DNA of 63,930 nt, counting the filler, from Squatina squatina (Eukaryota): NCBI GenBank assembly GCA_031763465.1. It is 4 parts of 3 records of this genome, joined end to end, with 100 filler letters (N's around TTAATTAATTAA, not from the genome) between each part and the next. Parts side by side here need not be neighbours in the genome. Positions count along the whole stretch, not along the records: positions 1 to 12,762 come from JARFOE010000115.1; positions 12,863 to 28,149 come from JARFOE010000192.1; 2 more parts are not named here. One strand, 5' to 3'. A program made the translations under genes and the position numbers. Below the pieces are notes generated by a model, which searched no databases, was not told where the DNA came from, and saw nothing but the letters and a program-made list of their open reading frames with translations. Position 1 is the first letter of the stretch. Each line of letters starts with the position of its first letter. Shown piece by piece: positions 1 to 13,424 of the stretch.

Positions 1-2035
1 ACAATATCATCAGATGAACGACACCCACAGTTCACAGTTTCTGCAGATGAACGTGACTCACTGTTCTCAGTCTAATCTGATGATAGAACCTCACAGTTCA
101 CAGTATCATCAGTTGATTGACCCTCACAATTCACAGTTTCATCAGATGAACGGCAATCACAGTTCACAGTGTCATCAGATGAACGAACCTCACAGTTCAC
201 AGATTCATCAGATGAACGACTCTCACAGTTCACAGTGTAATCAGATGATCGAACCTCACATTTCACAGTTTCATCAGGTGAATGACCCTCACATTTTACA
301 GTGTTTTCAGATGCATGGCTCTCACAGTTCACAGTCTCATCAGAGGAACGACCCTCACGGTTCATAGTTTCATCAGATGATCGACACTCTCAGTTCACAA
401 TATCATCAGATGAACGACACCCACAGTTCACAGTTTCTGCAGATGAACGTGACTCACTGTTCTCAGTCTAATCAGATGATAGAACCTCACAGTTCACAGT
501 ATCATCAGTTGATTGACCCTCACAATTCACAGTTTCAGCAGATGAACGACACACACATTTCACAGTATTATCAGATGATCGACCCTCACATTTCACTTTT
601 TCATCAGATGAATGACCCTCACATTGTATAGTGTTTTCAGATGTATGGCTCTCACAGTTCACAGTGTCATCAGAGGAACGACCGTCACAGTTCTCACATT
701 TTCATCAGATGTTCGACCCTCACAGTTCACAGTTTCATCAGATGAATGGCTTTCACATTGTACAGTGTTTTCAGATGTATGGCTCTCACAGTTCACCATA
801 TCATCAGATGAACGACACTCAGAGTTCACAGTGTCATCAGATGAACGAACCTCACAGTTCACAGTATCATCAGATGCACGACATTCACAGTTCACAGTGT
901 CATCAGTTGAACGAACCTGACAGTTCACAGTATCATCAGATGAACGACACTCACAGTTCACAGTTTCATCAGATGAACGACAATCACAGTTCACAGTTTC
1001 ATCAGATGAACGACATTCAAGTTCACAGTTTGATCACATGAATGACCCTCACATTGTACAGTGTTTTGAGATGTATGGCTCTCACCGTTCACAGTATCAT
1101 CAGATGAACGACACTCACAGTTCACAGTTTCATCAGATGAAAGACTTTCACAGTTCACAGTGTCATCAGTTGATTGACCCTCACAGTTCACAGTTTCATC
1201 AGATGAACGACATTCACAGTTCACAGTATCATCAGATGACCGACCCTCAAAGTTCACAGTTTCATCAGATGAACGAACCTCAAAGTTCACAGTTTCATCA
1301 GTTGAACCACTCTCCCAGTTTACAGTATCATCAGATGAACGGCCCTCACAGTACACAAGATGTCCTCAGATGAACGATCCTCACAGTTTCTAAGTATCAT
1401 CAGATGAACAAACCTCACAGTTCACAGTGTCATCAGATGAACGAACCTCACAGTTCACAGTTTCATCAGATGAACGACATTCACAGTTCAGAGTGTCATC
1501 AGTTGATTGACCCTCACAGTTCACAGTTTCATCAGATGATCGACCCTCACAGTTCACAGTTTCATCAGATGAATGGCCCTCACATTGTACAGTGTTTTCA
1601 GATGTATGGCTCTCACAGTTCACAGTATCATCAGATGAACGGCATTCACAGTTCACAGTTTCATCAGATGAACGAACCTCACAGTTCACAGTTTCATCAG
1701 ATGAACGAACCTCACAGTTCACAGTTTCATCAGATGAACGACATTCACGGTTCACAGTGTCATCAGTTGATTGACCCTCACAGTTCACAGTTTCATCAGA
1801 TGAACGGCATTCACAGTTCACAGTTTCATCAGATGAATGACACTCACAGTTCACAGTGTCATCAGATGAACGAACCTCACAGTTCACAGTTTCATCAGAT
1901 GAACGACACTCACAGTTCACAGTTTCATCAGATGAACGACATTCAAAGTTCACAGTGTCATCAGTTGATGACCCTCACAGCTCACAGTTTCATCAGATGA
2001 TCGACCCTCACGGTTGATAGTTTCATCAGATGATG
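1..2035. repeat. 33-bp tandem satellite, about 60 copies, consensus approx. CAGATGAACGACACTCACAGTTCACAGTTTCAT; open at the left window edge
   Basis: The unit is directly visible. Its translations have an 11-aa period (QMNDTHSSQFH on +, SSDETVNCECR on -). The variant string starting at position 1 recurs at 397, a distance of 396 = 12 x 33. Confidence 0.97.
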
Positions 2036-3269
2036 GTCAGTAATTGAGCAAGTGTCTATCTGTGCTACACAGTCATGTACATAACATGTACAGCATCATC
2101 AATCAGCAACAATAATGACATAGTGACATTGTTGGCTCAGCAAGCAATCAGGCCTCACTATGAACTATCAGTATACCAGCTTGTTTATCATTTGAGGGGG
2201 AACCTATGATTTATTAACCTTTTGCTTGGGGAGGTTATGGTATCCGAGATCCACTTGTCTGTCATTATCTACATTTTACACGTTCTTAGCTCAGATCTGA
2301 CAAAGTCAATTGCAGAAATCATTCTTTTTAAACAGACAGAGCAGCAGCTGAAGGCATTTTGTGCTACTTTTTACCAGATGTCAAGAAAGAAGTTACTAAT
2401 TTATTTGCTTGGAAGTTACGATAATGTTCCCTTGAAATGGCAAACATCCAGAAATATGGATTTTGATGTCACTTTAGGATGTCCTAGTAAATAGTTGGGT
2501 GTCAGAGAAGTTCCTACATTCTTTCTCCAAATCACTAATCATGCTCTGACCAGGAAAATCCTAGTGAAATGCCAGGGTTTACAAGTGATACAGCAGAATC
2601 CTCAGCTTTGCATTGGAAAGCGCATGACTGGAATATTGTTTTATCACTGAATGGCATTGAAAGTAAAAAGTTATCTGTACCTAATAAAATTAGATGAGTA
2701 GATTTATAACAAACAATTATAAACATTATCTAGCAATTAGCAATTACAATTTTATTCATATCAATAAATCTATAGGAGCGAGCCTTCAGCTTGGTGATTA
2801 GTATTCCCTCCTCTGAGTCAGCATAGCAAAGAATATATTGAATTTCTAGAGAGTGTTGGAGTCGTCATGACCTATCAAATATTGAATTGATCAGTGCTTA
2901 TATTTATATCTTCTGATACTGGTAAATAGGCTTTTTGTGAAAATTTACAGTATGTTGAATTATTTAGGGTGAGCCCTACTCCAGACAGCCCTGGTGAGTG
3001 GAGACTGGTGTGGGATACTCGTGTCTGGTGGGTGAGGGTGGCATCCTTCAACAATGAGTTATGGGATCCCTGAAGCCCTTCCTGCGCAGAGGACTAGCCA
3101 CTGAATCGGCTGATATGATCTGGTTGCGGAAACTACCAGTGTGAAAGTTGGCAGTGGCAATATGTCTCCTAATCAGGATAAACACCAACTGAATAAATAA
3201 ATCTATTCATCCCTCAGTTTTATTAAACGTAGAGAACGTTTTCAGGTAATTCAGAAGTATTTTGTTTTA

Positions 3270-3942
3270 AGATCCATGCGTAAAAAATTTGAAGAGATCC
3301 CCAGCAGAAAGCTTTGCAAAAATATCGCAAAGCTCAGTGCTGGGGACGGGCTTCGCAGCCTCAGTGTTGGATCTGTCCAGATGTTTCTGGACAGATCGCA
3401 AATGCCGGTTATGCGGGCTTATGATGTATAGCCCCATAACTGGCTTTTGCAATGTCTCCCCGGGTGCGTGGGAACATCGGTCCCATCCGGGGAGATCGCA
3501 ATTTCAGAGCCATCATGAACAAACTTTAAAAAGAAACTTTTTTTTTAATTTCTTAAAAATTGTTATTTTTATCATAATGGAGAAATTTGACAATTCACAA
3601 AATTAAAATGAGTTTTTCGGGGCTATAACATTTGTTTGCCAGTCAATGCACCAGTTACACCTATTCCATCAGGTTTTAATGGAGTAGTTAACAGCGATAT
3701 TACCGTGGAAAGCCCAAGATTTGGTCAGTTGAACTGATTTCACTGATTACACTGAGTGCCAGCTATGGGGGCCTGGGGTAGGGGGTGGGGAGTTGGGGAG
3801 GCGGGGAGCACAGCACAACCAGTGTCAGAGCAGTGAATGACCGACCACAACTTCAGAATTTCCGTGTTTAGATGCGCATGTGCTATATCCTGAAGTTGTG
3901 ATCAGTTTTAAAACGCAGTTATTATCCACCACAAATTCCAGT
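3270..3942. mobile_element. Decayed CpG-containing DNA-transposon (Harbinger-like) remnant with an internal hairpin
   Basis: CpG-rich block. ACAACTTCAG...GCGCATG...CTGAAGTTGT forms an inverted repeat near 3848-3900, and the block ends in AAATTCC like other termini in the window. Family assignment is from recall. Confidence 0.4.
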
Positions 3943-4374
3943 GTACCAATATGTTTGCAGTTTGTTGTGACAGAAAAATTTAGAGATCAAAAAGCATTGC
4001 TTCATTTCTCCAATCCCCTCGCCTCCACCCAAAAAAGTCATCAATTAGGGGGAACAACTGGTTCATAAGGAAAAGAAGAACACAATCAAAAAAATAAATT
4101 GGAGGATTGGGAATTCTCACGATGCAACGCACAAATCAGAGCATTGAAATTATAGTCAAAAAATCATTGCTCTGTTTTATCCATTCCCAGAAAATACACT
4201 ACCACGTTTGGGGAGATAACATACAATTCCTGGTTTGCAAAGAAGAAAAGGAATTGGAGTAAAAGTGCGCATAATAATAAAATACTGAACTGAAGTGCTT
4301 CAACACTTTGGATTCCCGAGTGTGAGATTCACTTTAAGATAATGATGATCAAAATGGAAGGCTTGTTAGGTGAG

Positions 4375-4640
4375 AATGCACATCCCCAATTTTAATCGCT
4401 CCACCATTGATGGCCGTGCCTTCAGATGCCTGGGCTCTAAACTCTGGAATTCCCTTTCTAAGCCTCTCCACCTCCAAAATTCTCTCTCCTCCTTTAAGGC
4501 GCTCGTAAAGCCTATCTCTTTGTTCATCTGCCCTAATATCGCCTTATCAGTATCAAATTTTGTTTGATAACACTCCTGTGAGGTGCCTTGGGAAGTTTTA
4601 CTACATTAAAGGAACTATGTAAATGCAGGTTGCTATTGAT
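4375..4640 (+). mobile_element. L2-clade LINE 3' end
   Basis: Encodes STIDGRAFRCLGSKLWNSL (L2 ORF2 C-terminus), followed by a TAAATGCAG-GTTG tail. Clearly homologous to 39840-40085. Confidence 0.85.
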
Positions 4641-4729
4641 TATGGACATGTCTTGTGGCAATGGTGATTTAGTTAGTCTGAACATGTCTAGGTCCACGCA
4701 AACACTGGGCAGCACCAGTCCAGGAATCG

Positions 4730-5095
4730 TTCTAAAGTTCTGAGCAAGTTTCTTATCAAGTAAAGAAACAGACCAATTCTACTAGTTGCAGGATCCAGAA
4801 CAAAGGGAAAGAAATATCAGATTGAAGAGATTTAGGACAGAGAGCGGGAGAAACATTTTTTACACAGAGGAACCCGAGGCTGGGATCTCACTAACCACAG
4901 TTAAGTGGTTGAAGTAGAGACCATGCCAACATATCAGAGTAGGTTAGATAGGCGGTTGAAGGAAAACGGGGACAGAGGGATATGGGAAAGGAGCAGGCAC
5001 ATGGAATTAGGATGATTGCTCCTCTGGAGGCTAAACACCAACTGATTTAGCCCAACAGACTGTATGCATGTTTTAATATCCATGTAATTCTCTGT
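4730..5095 (+). mobile_element. CR1 LINE 3' end, degenerate
   Basis: AGATTTAGGACAGAG...AAACATTTTTTACACAGAG and GGTTAGATAGG...GGGATATGGG match the CR1 ORF2 C-terminus and 3' UTR pattern. Confidence 0.7.
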
Positions 5096-5344
5096 AGTAG
5101 AATTCCTTCAATGGTGACCAAATAACTAGCCATGCTGTAGCACCTTAACAATACTGTCCCTCCATGTGTGAAAAATCAAAAGTGAATAACTTGCAAGTAC
5201 CATCTCGGACTGGCTGTAACAGGCAATGCACACTATGGGCACTCACACTCACCTGGAGATAGAGAGAGCAAATGGAATTTATCATCCAATAACTTGCTGA
5301 GGAGAATAAGGAAAATGCAGAGAGCACTGATGAACTATATGATG

Positions 5345-5630
5345 TTGCATCTTTCATAATCTCAAAGCACTTTACAACTAAAAAAGTACAGTTGAAGTGT
5401 AGTCACTATTGTAATGTAGGGAAATGCAGCAGCCAATTCGTGCACAGAACCTAGGCTGACACTTTNNNNNNNNNNNNNNNNNNNNNNNNNNNNNNNNNNN
5501 NNNNNNNNNNNNNNNNNNNNNNNNNNNNNNNNNNNNNNNNNNNNNNNNNNNNNNNNNNNNNNNNNTCTGTAGGGGCTTAAACCCATAACTTTCTGATGCA
5601 GAGGTGAGAATGCTGCTAACTGAGACAAGC
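5345..5630 (-). mobile_element. tRNA-derived SINE (SacSINE1/Deu-like), split by a 100-N gap
   Basis: Tail AAAGCACTTTACA...GAAGTGTAGTCACTATTGTAATG is the reverse complement of 14007-14060. The head at 5572-5628 is the reverse complement of the head at 29341-29405. Confidence 0.75.
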
Positions 5631-8600
5631 TGACACTGACATCTGAAATTTCAATTAAGTTTTGAAGACACCACAGACAGAATTGACTTTCAAACTATCA
5701 CCTCACACCATTCAATTCAGTGATGGCTTCACATCAGGAAAACACAGCAAAAGTAGTTAAAGGTGTTAAATGTCACCTAAAGCTTGAATTAAATGAAACA
5801 CATTCCATTTCTCTCTTTCACCTGTCCCTACACTCCCCATTATCCTGCTCTGTCTTTTGTCCCCTATCTCTCAAACTCCCTACCTCTCCCATACTCCTCT
5901 CAACATTTGGTTCTCTAGAACCAGACTATCTTTTTCACACTGCCCTCCCAGTTATATCTTTCTTTTATCAATGTCCTTAGTGCTGACCCAGTTCTTGATC
6001 ATCTTCATACCCCTTCCTTACGTTTCCTAAAATCTTTTTACTGTTTAATTCCTGCCATCATGCTTTTCTTTTTCACCTGTCCTGTTCACTACACATTATC
6101 TTTCTGGGCTCGGACTCTCACTTCTATCTGTAGCTTACACTCAATATTATCTCTCTTTTCCTTCTTTGGTCCCTTCCTCCTTTTTTAAATTGGATTTCCA
6201 CTATTCCTGTCAACCCCTCAAAACAACCACTAGCAGGATCTTGAGGCCTGATCTGTGATACACTTACAAGCCTACTGCACCTAACTTATGCCATTGCATA
6301 CATCACACTTGTGCCCTCAGAATCCATTACTGATAGTGAGTTATGCTATGCGTGAGATATCATCATTACATGAATCCATTTATTTTCTTATCCACAGTCA
6401 ACACACTTGAGAAGCAAACCGTACAGTCAACTGAACAGAATCCAGCACAGCAATGAAATTAAATCACATCTCATTCCCAGGTATCTCATTACTTCAGAAA
6501 ACTATAGATGCATANNNNNNNNNNNNNNNNNNNNNNNNNNNNNNNNNNNNNNNNNNNNNNNNNNNNNNNNNNNNNNNNNNNNNNNNNNNNNNNNNNNNNN
6601 NNNNNNNNNNNNNNAATAGCTTTCCTGGCCAGGCTGAAGCTGGTTGGAAGCAGATTGGGATGTGAAGGTTGCCTGAAATGTAGTTTCTTTTACTTTCCTT
6701 TGTTGGGCGAGGAGCAGCAGGAGGTGTCCTCTGGCCTTCCCTGTCCCAGTCTCAGGCTGCTGCCGGGTGGGCAGGGAATTAACCTGCCAGAAACCCATTG
6801 GGCGTTAAATCCAGCCCTTGTTTTTGGTACAACAACGGTAGGTAACAGATGCATTTTTTTTTCTTTTCATTACCATCTCTTCTATCAGATCTAGTCTATA
6901 AGATGAAGGCAGCTGAAATAAACGCTGACAGTTTATCAAACTGAAGGTTCAAACCACAAAAAACACTTTTAAGAACTGACTTTTTGACTGATTTCTTGCA
7001 GTAGAAACAACTGTTTTGCAATAAATTTTGCCGCATAGTTCAAGTAGACTTGAATGTTTTGAAAAACATCACAGTAGATACAAATTAGTACCACATGAAA
7101 AAAAATATAATATTCGTTGTAATAGTTCTCGTACTCCTTCTGTTCTCAGCAATCAGTGGAATTTTCTTGTGGCAAAAATGCACACTGTGACTGTGAAACA
7201 CAGTTTTGATAACATTTTCTTTTGCATAAGAGGCCTTGATTTTATTTGCATCATTTTATCAGCAAAGTATAATTCAAAAGATAATGTGATGTCAACCTGT
7301 ATCATGGAATCAAGTGTGGAGAGGATTTTAATGAACCCCTTCCATTCGTAACTTGAGTGATTATAACTTGCCTCAAACTTTAAGNNNNNNNNNNNNNNNN
7401 NNNNNNNNNNNNNNNNNNNNNNNNNNNNNNNNNNNNNNNNNNNNNNNNNNNNNNNNNNNNNNNNNNNNNNNNNNNNNNNNNNNNGATTTGATGCTTGATC
7501 TGCGCCCACCGCACCTCCCCATCACCCCACCACACCTATTCGAAAACCGCTCCCAGTTAAAACCTCCCCTATTTTAATCTCCTTCACGGTGTACCTTAAA
7601 TCAGTTTTTAATAAGCATAAGATTCTGTTATATACTTATATAGAGTGTGGACTGTACACTAAATAAGTAAAGTACTCTGATCAAACTGCCGGCTTCTGGC
7701 AGCTCCTTCCTCCCTAGGAATGCTGCTGGCTTCAAACTGCTGAGGGTGCTTGGAGGCAAGAGACTCTCAACTGTGTGTTGGCAAGACTCACTGAAATTTG
7801 AAATAAAAGTGAATTACAAACGTTAGATTACTTACTGTGCAGGTTAACTCATCTTCCATTCACTTGCTATAAACTTGTAAGAAAAGAAAAATTGCCAGTC
7901 AGTTTAAATCCTCATTAGTGGAGACATAAATTGTTTAATCTCCAGAATAAAAGATCTGCCAGGATGGAGGCTATTTGTTTGAATGAAATCAGGATAAGTA
8001 ATTTAAACAAAACCACTTCTGTGTCCATAGCATAAATGCTGCAAATGTGAGATTGAGTTTAAAGTAACACGCTCTCCCCTCTACTAGCACTGGATCTATT
8101 TTGAATAATTTCCAAGATGAATATGGATCAACTCGCACAAAATGCCTGCTATCAGGTCATAGCAACAGTGGCACCTTGCATTGCACCACATGCAAGAGCA
8201 GCATGTTCATTTACCTCCAGGATGTACAGGTCATACACGCAGATGGCACACAGTAGGATTGAGAACAAACCNNNNNNNNNNNNNNNNNNNNNNNNNNNNN
8301 NNNNNNNNNNNNNNNNNNNNNNNNNNNNNNNNNNNNNNNNNNNNNNNNNNNNNNNNNNNNNNNNNNNNNNNCCCCCTCCCCTCCCCCCCCCCCCCCAAGG
8401 TGATGGATGAGATTGAATTTTATCTAAAACCATTGTAACTTTCTAACACAGTATACCTTTGGTGCTGGAGAGTTATAAGATCATTGAGACCCATTAGTTA
8501 GAAATCCTTTCTCACTTATTCCTGAGCCGGATTCTCCTTTATCATAATTGAAGCTAACAGCTGATCAAAGAGCGTGGGTCTCACTATGTTATGAAGACAC

Positions 8601-10506
8601 TACAGGCAAGACCTTGTGCCAAAATATTAGTCATCTCTTCACTCTTGTGAAAACATCAATCTCTACACAGGTATATTCTGTTGCTTATCCCCATAACAAC
8701 ACATGATGAGAAGGAGATCAAATTTAAGGGGCAGTGACATTGCACAGGGTCAGGAGGCTTCAGAGTAGCAGTCATTCTAATGCTTTAGAGCAACTTAAAT
8801 TGTCAACAATAGCAGCAGTACTCGCTAAATCCAACAGAGTGTGTTCAATGCTGTGATTTCTGAAGAGTTTAAATGGTTTAACTTTACACTTTTTAAAACT
8901 CTTCAGAGATAGCGAGGTTGAAAAGATGCTGACGGACTCACAGCGTGCTGCCATGTTGGACCCTGCTGAGTAGGCTGTTTGTTTATGTCAGAAATGTTTG
9001 GCTTGAGGCCCCTTTATCTTCACTTGTGTGTAAGACCTGGATAACGTCCACCAGTTATGTTGTCTTCTGTGAAGTGAAATAAAATATCAATATTTGACTT
9101 GTGATGGCATCTTATCCTGACCCTCTATTCTCTATTTATGTAACTGCCAGATAAAAGCACACATTGTGGAAGAAATAAAAGTTCAGATTTAAAGAGGCTA
9201 AATTCATGACTTCTGTTGTTTGCTTTAATAGCACTATTGTTCCAATAGCAGGATTCTCTTTCAACACTGGGTGCTCTGTGTGCATTCACTGATTCCGTAA
9301 TTTTTAATTGTGTGCTTACTGTGGTCTGCCTTACTTTTATCTTTCGAAATCAGAGGTGTTTTTTTTGAAAAAGCATTTGCAAGGTCATGTAGCAAAGTCA
9401 GTCTCAGTCACTTGAGAGTCTCATCACCAAGAGGGACTCCAGAACCTACCACATTAAATGATGCTATAGGCATTTAATAGTGGTGCCTTTTTATAGGGTG
9501 AGTGTGACTCTGGACCAAGATTGCCTGTGTAACTGCACCTTTTAGGGACTGAAAAATCAATGTTAAACCAGTACTGCCCTTAAATTTCTTTATAAACTAT
9601 AAGAGAGAAAACCACAGCTGCACTTAGGACACTTTAGGTCAATAAGAAATCAATAGCAATGGCTGAGTGTTTGAAAAAATGAAAGATTCTCGAGTGCCGT
9701 GTGCTTTCAGATACCACAGCGTTTCTATTGTTTGCTATGTAGGAGACTCTCCAGTCTATTTTCTAACCGGAAAAAATACTTTCTATGTTGTGGCCCAATG
9801 TCTGGGGACTCCGCATATGTTCTGGGAGCACACCAGAAACAGGATGAGTTCAGGCAGGAGCATGTGAATTTAGACAGGGGGGATAGAGCGGTACCTAAGG
9901 AAACAGTTCTCATTTTCTTTACCTGGAATGCCGGAACACGCAGTTGTCTCATCCCCAGTCAAGTGTGACATTTCATTTGAATCTGACAGCACTGCTGACC
10001 TTGTCATTAACTGAGAGCGATCATCACACTCCAACATTTGTAATTCATTTCATTTACAAAGCAATGGTTATACGGGAAAAGCCATGGTGCTGATTTCAGT
10101 TAAATGCTTAATACACAGAAAGTTAGAAAATGACTGCACCAAGATCAGAGTTTAATTAAATTCAATACATATGAAGCAGCAAATTTGAGTGACATTTCTG
10201 AAGATAATTGATGTGAAAAACCTTGATGCCTCACTTATTTGTTGCCACTTTATAAAGTGCATTTTTATAACTATTGGTGATATTGGTTCAATTGCCTTTT
10301 ATGTTCATCTTGATAACACCCATCCAAGTTTCGTTAGAATATGGGAACATGATGGCATCTGTATACAGATCGATTTTTCACTCTGTTTTTTGTGAGAAAA
10401 TGTCATGTATGTGTAAACAAAATGGCAGAGAGCCTGTAATTGCAGATTGGCATATAAGTTCCAGATCTGATTTTCTGTTTTCCGTCTGTTAAATATCTGG
10501 AAGCGT

Positions 10507-10760
10507 AGGGCTTAGAAATTCGATTCAGCCCAAAAACGGGCAATGCCACCACGGGCCAAGGTTAATGGCTGCCTGCAAAAAGAGCGCAGGCAGCACTGGT
10601 ATTTTGGGGCTGCCTGTGCTGATTTACATAAGCAGAGCGGAGAATCTCTTGTGCAATTCGCTCTCTGCTGCTAACTTCAGCAGAAGGCTGAAGGTAGCGT
10701 CTGAAAGATTGGTGCGGTGTTCGCGGGTATTATGCTGTTTCAGATTATTTGGTGACGGGT
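10507..10760. mobile_element. Harbinger-like DNA transposon terminus
   Basis: Begins GGGCTTAGAAATTC, the GGG-N4-5-AAATT terminus also seen at 29501, 34310, 50703 and 54754. CpG-rich interior. Confidence 0.45.
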
Positions 10761-11512
10761 CGTGGGTTTTGCTGGGGTAAGAGATATTGAGTTCGCTGAT
10801 GGGCCTTGTAGTGTTGGAGCATTGTGTGTTGTGGCACATTATGAAGCATATGTTTGTTCATGGCTCCCCTGTTACTCTTGCAGACATTTGTCTGGCTCTT
10901 GTGTGGGGTTCACAAATGGGTGCCAGGCTGTCTGGTACTCCCACCTTCTCTGGCTGCCAGAGCTCCACAGATCTTTCACCCAGAGTTGTGTGGAGGTTTG
11001 TGCTTCACCGTGATGTTGGAGAGGGATAGGGAAGCACCGTCTTGTAGCTACCGGTGACAGTGGGGACATAGGGGATTCAATCGCCGTGAGTGGCTCTTAA
11101 AGCACATGCTCAGATCTGGAGGGACTGTGACTGGAAACACCACGTAAGACTGTGGCACAGATGTCCTTAAACCATTGCATGAGACAACAGTGGATATAAA
11201 TTTAATTTCTGAGTATTAGTGCCAGCACAGATTGTAAGTATAAAGTCACTCATTTTTGTGTTTGGTGTGGGTGCAAAATAGAAGACTGTCAAAGAACAAG
11301 CAAAAATCTTGATGAAATTCTCTAATTTTTTCACCCATGATAACTTTTCATCATATTGAGAGGCAACTAACTCTGGAGCATTCACAGCTGATTGTTTGAA
11401 ATTGAGAAACTAGTTCAAGTTCAGCTTCATAAAAGTATCTCAGGAGTACAATGTTTTGATCAGATAATATAGTCATAATCCCAACAATGAAGTAATATAG
11501 GTTGTTTAAGTA

Positions 11513-11591
11513 CGTAAGAAATAGGAGCAGGAGTAGGCCATTTGGCCCCTCGAGCCTGCTCCATCATTCAACAAGATCATGGCTGATCTTC
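11513..11591 (-). mobile_element. CR1 LINE 3' UTR terminus, cut by a gap
   Basis: Reverse complement reads AAGATCAGCCATGATCTTGTTGAATGATGGAGCAGGCTCGAGGGGCCAAATGGCCTACTCCTGCTCCTATTTCTTA, the typical elasmobranch CR1 3' end. Confidence 0.85.
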
Positions 11592-12590
11592 NNNNNNNNN
11601 NNNNNNNNNNNNNNNNNNNNNNNNNNNNNNNNNNNNNNNNNNNNNNNNNNNNNNNNNNNNNNNNNNNNNNNNNNNNNNNNNNNNNNNNNNNCTCCTTCTT
11701 AATTTTTATTGCTGGCTCTAGGCGATCTGTCTGAGTGCTTTCATTCCACACGCTCTACTGATTCTCCCCCTTGCACAAAGTATTTGGAAGTACACCTAAG
11801 AAGCACCCACTGTGCAGGTCTGGGATCCGCTGTTCACATGGGCCAACACCAAGCAGATCTACAGATTCTGTAAGTGTGTCTGTGTGTTATCGGTGACTAC
11901 GGCTGATCAGCTCAACTCAGCGCAAAACCACTGGCAGCACTCAATTGGAAATGACTGAAAGTCAAAAAAATGAATGAAATAAAAGTGGAGCCAGAATAAA
12001 TCAATTCCACAAACTAAATAAAATGCAAGAAATTGGTAAGTGAATGAACAGAGTGGAAATTAGGTCAAAAAATAAAATTCAAATGAATTAAAAAAAAACA
12101 CAGATCAATAATTTGTGAGATGGATACACCCGCTGTTTTTGGTAGTTCAAAGCAAGAGAATAAGGTTAGTTTCAACTTGCTTCCGTGTTTGTGAATTTTC
12201 ATCTCAGGATAGCCTGGGGATTATATTACTGAGCGCTGTAAAACATGTAAAATACTACTGGTCTAAGGGTTACAGGAGTGCATTCTTCAGAGAATCTGGG
12301 AGTGCAGTACTGAGTGCCAGGAACTACAATACTGAGTGCAGCAGAAAGAGGAGGTAATGTTTGTCCAAACCCAGCATTCATCTACTGGGGAGTGTTGGGG
12401 ACTAAATTACAGAGTGCAGCAGAGAAACAAGAAGTACAGTTAGTCCCAAGGCTCCATTATTAAGTAGTGCGGAAAACATGCTCCAAAATAAGATTGCTAA
12501 CTTTTTAAGGGCCAAACTCCCAAGCATGGGTTACTGAAATGCCACTCTCAGGAATGCTGCAAAATGCAATATCACAGTGATTGGACATAA

Positions 12591-12694
12591 GTCTGTACCC
12601 ATAATTTCACACATGGGTCTGTACCCATAATTTCACACATGGGTCTGTACCCATAATTTCACACATGGGTCTGTACCCACAATTTCACACATGG
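12591..12694. repeat. 26-bp minisatellite x4 (GTCTGTACCCATAATTTCACACATGG)
   Basis: Copies start at 12591, 12617, 12643 and 12669. Only the last copy carries a substitution. Confidence 0.97.
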
Positions 12695-12762
12695 GGGAAG
12701 AATTGCTTTGGTTGCTATGCGTAGTGAAGTCATAAACACTTTATTTTTCGATGAATTTGTAG

Positions 12763-12862
12763 NNNNNNNNNNNNNNNNNNNNNNNNNNNNNNNNNNNNNN
12801 NNNNNNTTAATTAATTAANNNNNNNNNNNNNNNNNNNNNNNNNNNNNNNNNNNNNNNNNNNN
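12763..12862. other. Artificial scaffold linker N44-TTAATTAATTAA-N44
   Basis: The 12-mer at 12807-12818 is centred in exactly 100 bp and has TAA stops in all six frames. The same structure occurs at 28150 and 50817. Confidence 0.95.
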
Positions 12863-13129
12863 GGATGCAACAAGAATGATAGCAGGTCTTAGATCATTCA
12901 TATGAAGAATACCACAGAGAGCTAAATCTGTCATCAATGATAAAAACAAGATGAATTGAAGGAAATGATCCAAGTTTGTAAAACCATGAAGAGAACTAGG
13001 TGGGTGTGTATTAGTTCTTTGTGCAGAAACCGAAGAAGGGGCACTGCAGATTGCGATTATTAGCTAAACGTAACCTAATGAATAACTTTCCATATAACTA
13101 ATATATGGAACAGGCTACGCCTAGCACAG

Positions 13130-13424
13130 TCAAGGAAAATTGAGTTCCAGCATTCAGGAAAAAGAATGGAAAGATTGCCAGTGGAGGAGGGTTTTTGGAA
13201 GAGAATCCCCGAGTGTAGGGGAGGAATGGCTAAAGAGTCTGCCACTGATGGTGGTGCAGAAGAAGGAGGAGGGCAGGGTGGACCAAAATTGAAAGAGTTG
13301 CAAGCTGGAACGTAGGGCTCGAACAGGCTGTAGAGCCATCGTGGGGTGGAGGTTAGTGAGAACATTGGTGATAGTTGAGGGCAGGCTGTGTGGCAGGGGA
13401 GGTTGCACCATGTATTCGCTCAAC
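13130..13424 (-). mobile_element. L2-clade LINE ORF2 3' fragment
   Basis: Minus-strand translations include FEPYVP and TTISGRLFSHSSPTLGDSLP, corresponding to the L2 motif GGRAFSxxAPxLWNSLP. Confidence 0.75.

Noticed and set aside
1-2035. Satellite ORFs as a His/Gln-rich or Cys-rich protein gene, or the array as a CRISPR
   Set aside because: Open frames follow from a 33-bp unit that lacks stops. The frames switch and stop along the array, and there are no unique spacers or cas genes.
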